Shown here one piece after another: positions 10,023-18,753 of a stretch of 64,000 nucleotides of DNA. The position numbers and the translations under genes are program-made. How positions within the stretch are numbered: position 1 is the first letter of the stretch; each line of letters begins with the position of its first letter. Source of the stretch: Candidatus Levyibacteriota bacterium (GTDB lineage: Bacteria; Patescibacteriota; Microgenomatia; Levybacterales; UBA12049); NCBI GenBank assembly GCA_043823085.1, contig JBDRBE010000004.1:342780-406779 (forward strand), read 5' to 3'. Under the pieces are notes generated by a model that was not told where the DNA came from, made no database searches, and saw only the letters and a program-made list of their open reading frames with translations.

Positions 10023-10481
10023 ATGAATGCTGATATTAGTATCGCTGAAAGAAAACCTCCATCTCCAGAAACCCCGAGGTTAAACATGACCTTTATTTCC
10101 CTTAAATACCCAGGCGGCAAGGGAGATGAACAAAAAGCGCTCAATGATTTTGAAAACTTTCTCAACCCCAAAAGAAGCGGTTGTTATGACAAAGCGCAAG
10201 GACGTATAGATCTATATCGTGAACGCGGATTTAGCATTACTGATTATGGTAAACTTCAGGGCGAATGGGAGAAAGGTGTTCCAGACGATCTTAAAAGAAC
10301 TCTGGGTAAAATCGATCCTGAAACTGTTGAATGGATAAAAAACACAAGAGGAGATTACATTGTTCGACAACACAAAATTTTAGAAAACGAAATTACCACA
10401 ACCGAATCGTTTATTAGCGAAGACAAAATTAAAATCGTAAATGCCCAGAGTCCAGGTATTCAACCCCCTACAACCCGCTAA
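10023..10481 (+). CDS. Hypothetical protein
   Basis: 152-aa ORF after TTGACA(9988)-17-TATATT(10011). Confidence 0.65.
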   Translation: MNADISIAERKPPSPETPRLNMTFISLKYPGGKGDEQKALNDFENFLNPKRSGCYDKAQGRIDLYRERGFSITDYGKLQGEWEKGVPDDLKRTLGKIDPETVEWIKNTRGDYIVRQHKILENEITTTESFISEDKIKIVNAQSPGIQPPTTR

Positions 10482-10526
10482 ACTGTAAAATCCCCGCAAA
10501 ATGTACTATAATTGCCGTATAAATAT

Positions 10527-11135
10527 ATGACAGTAATTGAAGCCTTAGGAACAAGAAGGGCAGCTGAACCAAAAGGATCAAAACTAAGAAACAGTGCAGA
10601 ACTAGAAACTGATAAATTAATTAACAACACTATCAGCACTGTATTATTATGTCTGCCTCATCGAAGAAGATTGCAAACAATTGCAAGAGATGGACGAGTT
10701 ATACCTGTTAGGGTTGGCGATGTAGAATGGAAATTTAAAGTTGAGGCTGGTGATAAACCTCTTGTTTTAATGACAACCACTAACCCTAAAACAAATGAGA
10801 TTTGTACATATGGAATAGCCACAGACCCAGAAATTAAAAAAATAACAGGGGTTTTTAGAGAGGTCGGTGAACAAAAGTTGGCTCTTGGAATTTCTCCCAT
10901 TGATTTGAAAAGTGCTATGAAAGAATTGAGAAGAAATGAACGCGGAAGGGCATTGCGTTCATTTTGGCGTACTCATTCTATTGAAACAACCTCCCAACAT
11001 CTTGGTATTCCCGTATCAAGGGTTAAGGCTCATATCGAAGCTTATAAAAAATATCTAGCTCGTCCAAAAATACCAAAACACATTATTACCACTACATCTG
11101 CTCATTCTCCTAAAAAATCCCCCACCCGGGTATAG
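10527..11135 (+). CDS. Hypothetical protein, possible C-terminal HTH
   Basis: ORF of about 200 aa; 'SIETTSQHLGIPVSRVKAHI' is HTH-like. Confidence 0.6.
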   Translation: MTVIEALGTRRAAEPKGSKLRNSAELETDKLINNTISTVLLCLPHRRRLQTIARDGRVIPVRVGDVEWKFKVEAGDKPLVLMTTTNPKTNEICTYGIATDPEIKKITGVFREVGEQKLALGISPIDLKSAMKELRRNERGRALRSFWRTHSIETTSQHLGIPVSRVKAHIEAYKKYLARPKIPKHIITTTSAHSPKKSPTRV

Positions 11136-11183
11136 CTCACCCGAAAATTTGACAAGGAAAGTTTCTGTGGTATAAACAACTAT

Positions 11184-11203
11184 CACACCCCCGAGGTGTA
11201 ACA
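11184..11203. repeat. REP-like palindrome upstream of RAYT
   Basis: cacacccccgaggtgtaaca; copies at 11880-11902 and 33853-33877. Confidence 0.85.
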
Positions 11204-11230
11204 AGTACCATAATGTGCTATTATTTAATT

Positions 11231-11878
11231 ATGCCTTATCGAACAACTCCACTTGTTAATAACGGTCTTTATCATATATATAACCGTGGCGTGGAAAAAA
11301 GACAAATCTTTATGAAAGACCGAGATTATCAAAGATTTCTCCAAACTCTCTACTATTATCAGTTTAGCGGTCCTAAAGCTCGTTTTTCTACGCATAAGAA
11401 ATTCAAAAATAAAAATTTTGATAAAAATCCTAAAATCGTGGAAATTATCTGTTACTGTTTAATGCCAAACCATTTTCATTTATTACTGAAACAATTAAAG
11501 GATAATGGCATTCAGGAATTTTTGAGTAAAGTAGCAAATAGTTATGCAAAATATTTCAATACTAAGTACAAACGAGTTGGTCCACTTTTACAAGGTCAAT
11601 TCAAAGCGGTAACTGTAGAAACCGATGAACAATTAGTCCATTTATCAAGATACATACACCTAAATCCATTCACAGCTGAAATTACAAAAGATTGGGAGAA
11701 CTTTCCCTACTCTTCCATTCAAGAGTTTATTGAGGATACAACTTCCAAAATTTGCGCCATTGAACAAATTTTAAATTTATTTACAAATCAAGCAGGATAT
11801 AGATCGTTTATTTCCGATAACCAATCATACGCTTTGGAACTTAGTAAAATCCAACATCTTTTAATAGACGAAGAATAA
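11231..11878 (+). mobile_element. REP-associated tyrosine (Y1/HUH) transposase, RAYT-like
   Basis: YHIYNRG, CLMPNHFHLL (HUH), RYIHLNP, YSS; flanked by palindromes. Confidence 0.92.
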
Positions 11879-11879
11879 T

Positions 11880-11902
11880 TGTTACACTCCCGAGGTGTAA
11901 CA
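11880..11902. repeat. REP-like palindrome downstream of RAYT
   Basis: tgttacactcccgaggtgtaaca immediately after the stop codon. Confidence 0.88.
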
Positions 11903-11938
11903 GTTGACAAGGAAAACTTTTGTGGTATGATACCTAGC

Positions 11939-12400
11939 ATGCCATTTGCTCCTGTAGAAATAGCAACCATAAACCTTGCTAACGAGCTCCGTGAAGGAGA
12001 TAAATTGCGTGATGCAAAAAAAATAAGAGATGAACATGATAGCGCATGGAAGACTCTTGGCGGAAAATTTGGAATCGCTGTTACCGACGAACAAATGGTT
12101 AATGTATTAAAAGCAACGCTCAACATGTTGCGATTTGGTTTAGAACGAGGACTTGGTAGCCCTCCTTCCGAAAAAACTATCGAAGAATTAGAAAAGGCGC
12201 AGGATCTTAGTACCACAAAAGGAAGACAAGCTGCAAATGCGTTTTTTGAACGATTAGCAGGAATTTATGCATATAAAAAATATCCTCCTCTTGACCCAAT
12301 TGAGAACGAAAGAAAATGCATAGCATGTGAAATCGCAGCAATTTCTTTACGCAAACCTAGAGAATTTGACAAACCGCCTGTTTTAAAGTATACTCCTTAA
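11939..12400 (+). CDS. Hypothetical protein
   Basis: ATG 11939 lies 7 nt after TTGACA(11904)-16-TATGAT. Confidence 0.6.
   Translation: MPFAPVEIATINLANELREGDKLRDAKKIRDEHDSAWKTLGGKFGIAVTDEQMVNVLKATLNMLRFGLERGLGSPPSEKTIEELEKAQDLSTTKGRQAANAFFERLAGIYAYKKYPPLDPIENERKCIACEIAAISLRKPREFDKPPVLKYTP
12366..12394 (+). promoter_or_regulatory. sigma70 promoter for the T-box/tRNA-His/hisS unit
   Basis: TTGACA-17 bp-TATACT. Confidence 0.75.
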
Positions 12401-12416
12401 TACAATTAAATATAAA

Positions 12417-12677
12417 TGCGCTTGACCGAAGTCACGATTCGGGAGCAGAAGGCCAAAATGCCTTACGGAAAAGTTTCAGCCGTATAAAAAGAAACATTCG
12501 GTGTCGCCAAGTTACAACACTGAGCTTGTCGAAGTGCGGAGCCGGACCAAGAGCCTTAGAGAAAAAAGCTTTAAGGAAATAAGGATGGGACCGCGGGAAG
12601 CGGTTTTTTGTTGAAAAAAACTACCTCTCGTTCCTTGTTCACTATTTTTGTAGTGGATAACGAACGGGAGGTTTTTT
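12417..12677 (+). promoter_or_regulatory. Histidine T-box riboswitch (transcription antitermination) with ultra-short Stem I
   Basis: GA motif plus ccgaa-gtCACga-ttcgg hairpin; Stem II aaggc/gcctt; IIA/B pseudoknot acgg/ccgt and gtttc/gaaac; Stem III; T-box AAGGA-TGGG-ACCGCG pairing with CGTTCCTT; overlapping terminator. Confidence 0.88.
12624..12677 (+). terminator. Intrinsic terminator of the T-box leader
   Basis: cctctcgttc..gttcacta / tagtggat..gaacgggagg followed by TTTTTT. Confidence 0.88.
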
Positions 12678-12719
12678 GTTGTTTATTTAACGAACTTTTG
12701 TGAGTTTAGAAAACAACAA

Positions 12720-12786
12720 ACCCTTCCGAAGCGAGCATTCGTTTGCGTGGACGTAGCCCACGAAACGAATTCAAGCGAAGGAGGGT
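12720..12786. repeat. Long imperfect hairpin between T-box and tRNA
   Basis: acccttcc-gaagcgagc-attcgttt-cgtgg / ccacg-aaacgaat-...ggagggt. Confidence 0.65.
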
Positions 12787-12798
12787 AAATTGAAAAAT

Positions 12799-12917
12799 GG
12801 TGGCTGTAGCTTAAATGGTTAGACCTGCCCGCCATCGGCTTTTGCCGAAGGCATATGCGCAGGCGGGGCATTAGGTCGTGGGCTTAAAAGTTGCGGGTTC
12901 AAATCCCCTCAGCCACC
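12799..12917 (+). tRNA. tRNA-His(GTG) with 44-nt insertion in the D-arm; possibly atypical or pseudo
   Basis: G-1 plus GTGGCTG/CAGCCAC and C73; anticodon arm TTAGG-TC GTG GG-CTTAA; TTCAAAT loop; insert at 12824-12867. Confidence 0.85.
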
Positions 12918-12940
12918 CAAGGGAAAGGAAATAAATAATT

Positions 12941-13195
12941 ATGGAAAGAGAATATAGTCAAAAATATTTACAAATCAACCGGGGTAAAAGCATCATTTTT
13001 GATGCGGAAGAATTACCATTTTTTAGAGTCGCGTCTGATCTTTCCGATCTTGGACGTAATTCTCGTGTGGAAAAAGACTTTCGAGATCGCTATTCGAATA
13101 TTGACTTTGCCTTAGGATGCACTGTCGACGGAGCTGTTCTTATTCAAGACATCCTTCCGGAATATTCTGGAAGGTGGCTTCATCGAAAGAACTAA
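12941..13195 (+). CDS. Small ORF, possibly the N-terminal part of a frameshifted PRTase gene
   Basis: Purine-rich RBS-like region upstream; overlaps the open frame (from 13116) of the next ORF; both contain VDGAVL. Confidence 0.55.
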   Translation: MEREYSQKYLQINRGKSIIFDAEELPFFRVASDLSDLGRNSRVEKDFRDRYSNIDFALGCTVDGAVLIQDILPEYSGRWLHRKN

Positions 13196-13235
13196 TCAAA
13201 GACTAAGAGAATTAAATGATATTTCAAAAATTACT

Positions 13236-13841
13236 TTGCAGGTTGTTGATGGAGCTGTTTTATCTAGAACTTTAATTGATCTTTGCATGAAAGACGAAGA
13301 GCTAAAATCAAAAAAACCTTTGCTTGTTTTTCCTGGAGAAGGAGCAAGAGTAGTTGGCAAATATCTTAAGAAAATGAAGCCTAAACTTACTGCGAATAAT
13401 GAAGTTTTTTTACCAACTCGAAGAACCATGGTTAAATCAGGAGTATTTAATCTTTCCGTTGACTACTCTAGTTTACCAAACACTTTAGATACCAATACTG
13501 TTTTAATTATTGACGACGTAGTCGCAACCGGACAAACAGCAGAAGAGGTTGCCTCAACATTAAAAATGCGTTTTCCGGGAATTCGATGCATTCTTGCCTC
13601 TTGGCTTTTTGTGTGGCCTTCGACAAACGAAAACAAAAAATCCCCCTCGGGCGTTAATGGAATTGATAAAATAATCACCAGTATTATTCTCAAGGGCAAT
13701 TACACTGCTCGCCCACCGATAAACAGCATTTCATGTTTTATGCGAAACGAACAACGATATCGAGATGTTAAAAAAAACTTTACAGATAAATATATTGGCG
13801 ATAAAAATGCGTTCCAAGAGATTATGGAAGAATTGAAATAA
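13236..13841 (+). CDS. Type I phosphoribosyltransferase
   Basis: PRPP-binding motif VLIIDDVVATGQTA. Confidence 0.85.
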   Translation: MQVVDGAVLSRTLIDLCMKDEELKSKKPLLVFPGEGARVVGKYLKKMKPKLTANNEVFLPTRRTMVKSGVFNLSVDYSSLPNTLDTNTVLIIDDVVATGQTAEEVASTLKMRFPGIRCILASWLFVWPSTNENKKSPSGVNGIDKIITSIILKGNYTARPPINSISCFMRNEQRYRDVKKNFTDKYIGDKNAFQEIMEELK

Positions 13842-13845
13842 GCAT

Positions 13846-14757
13846 ATGAATAAAGATAAAGAAACAGAAAAACTTAAATTATCAGAAATCCTAGGAATAC
13901 CAAAAAAAGGAATTATTTTTTGTGATTTAGATGGGGTATTTTTTGATGAAGAAAATAACTTTGCTTCTCCCAATCCATCAGATTTAGCTATTTTAGATGA
14001 AGCAAAAAACGCCGGTTTTTGGATTGTTTTAAATTCTGATACTGGAGTCTCTGCTCTTGCATCTTTTGGTCAACAACTAGGATGTACTCCGTTAGTTATT
14101 GGAGAAAACGGAGCGGTAATTTATGCACCTAATCAAAGAATAAAAGAATTTTTATCATCAGATAAACAATTCTTTGATCAATACAGAAAAGAAGTTGTGG
14201 AAAATCTTATAGACCCAGAAAATACTATCATTCTTGGAGATGCAACATCATTGATAAAAAATCAGCAAAGACTAGAAATTCCAGGGTCTATGTTATATGT
14301 TGTAAATACAGCAAGAGATTGCAGTTTTGGCGTATATACAAGAAGATTCGATGAAAATGGAATTTTAGTAGTCGATGACAAGAGAACAAAACAAACTGAA
14401 GAATTATTAAAAAATCTTCTTTCAAAAAATGGCAGAGAAAAGGATTTATCTTGCAAAAGATATCCTGTGTTAGGAAGTTGTCTTGTCAAAAATCCAAGGA
14501 TTAAAAAAACATTAGGAGTTAAATATATCATTGGTCAGATGCCAAAAGGTTTATCATATTTTATGATAGGTGATACAATAAATGATGCTATTATGTATGG
14601 ACTTGAAGACAAAGTTCGGACATGCGCTGTTGGTAATGCAACCGAAGAATTAAAAGATATGGTTTCTCAAAACGGTGGGATTATTGCACCAAATCAATTT
14701 GGTTTAGCAAAAGGCGTAACTTTTATAATAGCTAACATTTTGGGAGGAGGAAAATAA
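13846..14757 (+). CDS. Cof-type HAD phosphatase
   Basis: Motif I FCDLDG, IGENGAVI, motif IV GDTIND, AVGNA. Confidence 0.88.
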   Translation: MNKDKETEKLKLSEILGIPKKGIIFCDLDGVFFDEENNFASPNPSDLAILDEAKNAGFWIVLNSDTGVSALASFGQQLGCTPLVIGENGAVIYAPNQRIKEFLSSDKQFFDQYRKEVVENLIDPENTIILGDATSLIKNQQRLEIPGSMLYVVNTARDCSFGVYTRRFDENGILVVDDKRTKQTEELLKNLLSKNGREKDLSCKRYPVLGSCLVKNPRIKKTLGVKYIIGQMPKGLSYFMIGDTINDAIMYGLEDKVRTCAVGNATEELKDMVSQNGGIIAPNQFGLAKGVTFIIANILGGGK

Positions 14758-15548
14758 TGAGACAACCGCACCTTCTTTGTGATAAAAAAGATATTTCTGA
14801 AATTGTCTTACTTACTGGAGATCCAGGAAGATCTGAATATATTGCAAAAAAATATCTTGAAAAACCAAAACTGATTGCACAAAACAGAGAGTTCACAACT
14901 TATACTGGTTTTTATAAGGGTGTAAAAATAACAACAACGTCAACTGGTATTGGAAGTCCTTCTACGGCAATCGCCGTTGAGGAATTAATAAATATTGGAG
15001 CAAAAATTTTAATAAGAGTTGGAACATGCGGCGGTGCTCTAAAAAAAGAAATAAAAGCTGGTTCAATAATCATTCCAACTGCAGCGATTAGGGAAGAAGG
15101 AACAACAAAAGAGTATTTACCGCCGGAATTTCCAGCAGTTGCTGATTATAAAGTTGTGGAAACACTTATTGAAAGTGCAAAAAAATTAGACTATAGATTC
15201 TTTATTGGAATAAATAGAACACATGATGCATTTTATGGACAATCGCAAAATATTAAAAGATGGGGATCTATTTATTTAAATCCTAGAATGAAAAATTGGG
15301 AATATCCATTAATCAGTTCCGAAATGGAATGTGCTCCTCTCTTTTTGATTGGAACATTACGAGGAGTTAGAACTGGGGCTGTTTTGTCAGTAAATGCAGA
15401 CCCAGAGCCATTAAAAGAAATAATCTTGGGAAGATTTAAATTTGATATTCCGCAAACTAAAATTCAAACTGACGAGGCAGAAAAAAGTATAGACAGAGCG
15501 ATATTGGTTGCAGTTGAAGCTTCATTATTATTAAAGAAAATGCTATGA
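14757..15548 (+). CDS. Nucleoside phosphorylase (uridine phosphorylase family)
   Basis: LTGDPGR, STGIGSPS, RVGTCG, REEGT, EME. Confidence 0.92.
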   Translation: MRQPHLLCDKKDISEIVLLTGDPGRSEYIAKKYLEKPKLIAQNREFTTYTGFYKGVKITTTSTGIGSPSTAIAVEELINIGAKILIRVGTCGGALKKEIKAGSIIIPTAAIREEGTTKEYLPPEFPAVADYKVVETLIESAKKLDYRFFIGINRTHDAFYGQSQNIKRWGSIYLNPRMKNWEYPLISSEMECAPLFLIGTLRGVRTGAVLSVNADPEPLKEIILGRFKFDIPQTKIQTDEAEKSIDRAILVAVEASLLLKKML

Positions 15549-16786
15549 TGAAAAATATGATTGAACCAAAAATTTTAAAGGGCTTTCGGGATTTTTTGCC
15601 GAAAGTTGCCAAAAAGAGACAATTTGTTATTAACGCCTTAAAAGAGGTGTTCCAGTTGTATGGCTTTGAGCCGCTTGAAACACCGGCGCTTGAATACGAA
15701 GAAGTTTTGCTTGGAAAATACGGCGAGGAGGGCGACAAACTAATGTATCGCTTTACTGATAATGGGAAAAGAAAAGTTGCTCTTCGCTACGACCAAACCG
15801 TTCCCCTTGCCCGCGTTGTTGCACAATATCAAAGTGAACTTCCGATACCTTTCAAAAGATATCAAATTCAGCCGGTTTGGCGCGCAGAGAACACACAAAA
15901 AGGAAGATTTCGAGAATTTTTGCAGTGCGACATCGACACTGTCGGTTCCTCCTCTTCCCTCTCGGATGCAGAAATAATTTCCTGCACATTAGATTCTTTA
16001 AAAAAACTAGGATTTAAAAAATCACAAATTTGGGTAAACGATAGAACAATTTTTGATACTCTTGGACTGAAAAAAGAGGAAGTTATCATTTTAGATAAAT
16101 TAGATAAAATTGGGAAAGAAGAAGTTATTGCCCAGTGGGAAAAAAATGGAAGAAAAAATGCCAAAGAATTATTCGATAGTCTAAAAAATAGTGAACCGAC
16201 ACAAAAACTTAATGAGATATTTTTGATACTCCAAAAGCAAGGATATAAAAGTGGCGAAGATTTTGTTTTTGTACCTTATTTAGCAAGAGGATTAGATTAT
16301 TATACAAGCATAATTTTTGAATCAAAAATTCTCGATCAAACAAGTATATCTTTGCTATCGCTGGCTGGAGGTGGAAGATATGATAATCTTATTGGAATGT
16401 TCTCTGGTAAAAAGGTGCCGGCTGTAGGTGTTTCTTTTGGTTTTGACAGAATAATTGAGGCAATGGATGAATTAAAACTTTTCCCCGATGATTTGTTAAC
16501 TACTAACATTTTAATAACAGTTTTTTCACCGGATTTATTGGAACAATCTATTAAAATAGTTTCAGAATTACGCTCAGAAAATATCAATACCGAACTCTGG
16601 TTAGATCCGGAAATCAAACTTGATAAACAATTAAAATACGCGGATCAAAAAGAAATCCCTTTTGCAATTATTATCGGCCCGGATGAAGCGGCAAAAAACG
16701 TTATCACTCTCCGCAACATGAAAACCAGGGATCAAAAGGAAATTTCCCAAGAAGAGCTCATAAATGTTTTAGCGAGAAGTCTTTAG
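15545..16786 (+). CDS. hisS: Histidyl-tRNA synthetase
   Basis: LRYDQTVP, GRFREFLQCDID, RGLDYYT, GGRYDNL. Confidence 0.98.
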   Translation: MMKNMIEPKILKGFRDFLPKVAKKRQFVINALKEVFQLYGFEPLETPALEYEEVLLGKYGEEGDKLMYRFTDNGKRKVALRYDQTVPLARVVAQYQSELPIPFKRYQIQPVWRAENTQKGRFREFLQCDIDTVGSSSSLSDAEIISCTLDSLKKLGFKKSQIWVNDRTIFDTLGLKKEEVIILDKLDKIGKEEVIAQWEKNGRKNAKELFDSLKNSEPTQKLNEIFLILQKQGYKSGEDFVFVPYLARGLDYYTSIIFESKILDQTSISLLSLAGGGRYDNLIGMFSGKKVPAVGVSFGFDRIIEAMDELKLFPDDLLTTNILITVFSPDLLEQSIKIVSELRSENINTELWLDPEIKLDKQLKYADQKEIPFAIIIGPDEAAKNVITLRNMKTRDQKEISQEELINVLARSL

Positions 16787-17461
16787 TTCCTCAAGAACCA
16801 TTACTACATTTTTCACCATTATTTTGGCTGGAAGAACAAACACGCCAATCCCATTCTCGATAGCCGATATCCTTTTTCTTTGTCTGTCAAAAATTTTCGG
16901 ATCAACTTGTCCATAAACATATTCAACCTCGCTCATTTTAATTTCTGGTTCTCCACCGTAAATCTTACTCATTTTCAAACATAAACACACTGCGTAAACT
17001 ATTTCCAGAAAACGTTTATCTGGCCATCTTTTCCGTATAGGCTTAGCACCGTTTTCTTCAAGCACTAAATCTACCTCTGGTTCGTTTGAATTTCTAATAA
17101 TTAGTCTTGCCTTAGCACCAAGAGCGATCTCTCTTTTTTTTATTTCTGTTAACGGTCTACCACAACGTGACTCCCTCATTTTTATAACCGTTTCTGCAGG
17201 AAGAATTATCCCAGTCCTGGTTCCAGACGAACCCATACTGCTTCTACTTAGATGCCTTCTTTTTTCTTCTGACGAAAGAGTTACTCCAGTCTTTTTCCTC
17301 CAACGATATAGTACTTTTGTCACTGCTTGACGACTGGCGTCTATTTCTTTAGCAATTTCTTTTACGGTTTTATCCGTATAAAAAAAGGGCTCAACAAGCT
17401 TTGTTAATTCATTCCGTCGCCATTTATGAAAACCCGAACCCAGTTCTTTGCTTGATACCAT
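16769..17461 (-). CDS. Hypothetical DNA-binding protein (HTH plus NUMOD3-like repeats)
   Basis: [23 protein letters not shown]; three 'G..LS.E.K..(M/L)S' units. Confidence 0.55.
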   Translation of the reverse strand: MVSSKELGSGFHKWRRNELTKLVEPFFYTDKTVKEIAKEIDASRQAVTKVLYRWRKKTGVTLSSEEKRRHLSRSSMGSSGTRTGIILPAETVIKMRESRCGRPLTEIKKREIALGAKARLIIRNSNEPEVDLVLEENGAKPIRKRWPDKRFLEIVYAVCLCLKMSKIYGGEPEIKMSEVEYVYGQVDPKIFDRQRKRISAIENGIGVFVLPAKIMVKNVVMVLEELKTSR

Positions 17462-17516
17462 AAAAATTTTATTAAAGAGCCTTGTAACTGGCTCAAAAAT
17501 AGGCTATAATTATAGC

Positions 17517-17816
17517 ATGAAAGCGGATATTCATCCAAAATACTTTGAAAATGCGCAAGTTGTTTGCGCCTGCGGAAATAAATTTACTATTGGTTCAACC
17601 CAAGAAGTAATTCACGTGGAGCTTTGCAATAAATGCCATCCTTTTTACACCGGCGAGCAAAGATTTGTAGATGCGGCGTCCCGAATTCAAAGATTCAAGC
17701 AAAAAGAAGAAGTTTCGCAAAAATACAAAGTTATAAAGGCTAAAAAGAAAGAAGTCGAAAAGCAAAAACAGCAAGAACCCAAGACTCTCCGAGAAATGCT
17801 TTTGGCAATGAAGTAG
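17517..17816 (+). CDS. rpmE: 50S ribosomal protein L31 (zinc-binding type)
   Basis: [23 protein letters not shown]. Confidence 0.96.
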   Translation: MKADIHPKYFENAQVVCACGNKFTIGSTQEVIHVELCNKCHPFYTGEQRFVDAASRIQRFKQKEEVSQKYKVIKAKKKEVEKQKQQEPKTLREMLLAMK

Positions 17817-17825
17817 CCCCACAAA

Positions 17826-18698
17826 ATGGAAGATTACAGATTAGTACAACTTAACGAGCTTAATAAAAAAATCGAGGAAACAAAACTTCTTTTAAATGAC
17901 CCCGAGTTAGTTGAATTGGCAAAAAAGGAAATTAGTGAACTTGAAGAGCAAAAAAAATCACTTGAAGAAAGTCTCAATAAAGAACCTGAGGGAGAATCTT
18001 TTGACACCCGTAACGTAATTTTAGAAGTAAAGGGCGCAACAGGCGGACAGGAAGCAAAACTCTGGGGCGAAGAATTACTGCGAATGTATTCCCGCTTTGC
18101 GCAAAAAAAAGGATTTGATATTGAATCTTTTGACGAAAAGGTTCTTAAAATAAGCGGTTCTCAAAAAGCCCAAAATCCTTTTGGAGTTTTTAAATTTGAA
18201 GCAGGAGTCCACCGAGTCCAAAGAATTCCGGAAACTGAAAAACGCGGAAGAATTCACACGTCAACTGCAACAATTTCCATACTTCCAGAACTTGAAGATA
18301 TTGATTTACATATTAATCCCGAAGACATTGAATTTGAAGCGTATAGATCTGGCGGACACGGCGGACAAAATGTCAACAAAGTTTCAACTGCTGTAAGATT
18401 AAAACACAAACCAACCGGCATCGTTGTTACTTGCCAAACGCAAAGATTTCAAGCTCAAAACAGAGAACTGGCAATGGAATTACTCCGTGCCAAACTTTGG
18501 GAAATAGAAATTGAAAAACAAAACAAAGAAATCTCATCGCTAAAATCAACACAAGTTGGCCGCGGAATGCGGGCTGAAAAAATCAGAACCTATAATTTCC
18601 CGCAAAACCGCCTGACAGACCATAGGATTAATAAATCGTGGCACAACTTAGAAGAAATACTAGAAGGAAATTTGGATGAGGTAGTCAATAGTTTTTAA
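17826..18698 (+). CDS. prfA: Peptide chain release factor 1 (short N-terminus)
   Basis: [11 protein letters not shown] (PxT), [18 protein letters not shown]; follows rpmE. Confidence 0.93.
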   Translation: MEDYRLVQLNELNKKIEETKLLLNDPELVELAKKEISELEEQKKSLEESLNKEPEGESFDTRNVILEVKGATGGQEAKLWGEELLRMYSRFAQKKGFDIESFDEKVLKISGSQKAQNPFGVFKFEAGVHRVQRIPETEKRGRIHTSTATISILPELEDIDLHINPEDIEFEAYRSGGHGGQNVNKVSTAVRLKHKPTGIVVTCQTQRFQAQNRELAMELLRAKLWEIEIEKQNKEISSLKSTQVGRGMRAEKIRTYNFPQNRLTDHRINKSWHNLEEILEGNLDEVVNSF

Positions 18699-18753
18699 TT
18701 TAAATGTTTTGAACATTAAAAATTGATTGGAAATTGAAAATTGAAAATTTGGT

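Noticed and set aside
9981-12400. Prophage or integrative element ending at tRNA-His
   Set aside because: No integrase or phage genes and no duplicated tRNA 3' end found in the window.
12824-12867. tRNA insert as a group I/II intron or canonical archaeal BHB intron
   Set aside because: It is far too short for a self-splicing intron, is not in the anticodon loop, shows no clear bulge-helix-bulge, and resembles local palindromic repeats.
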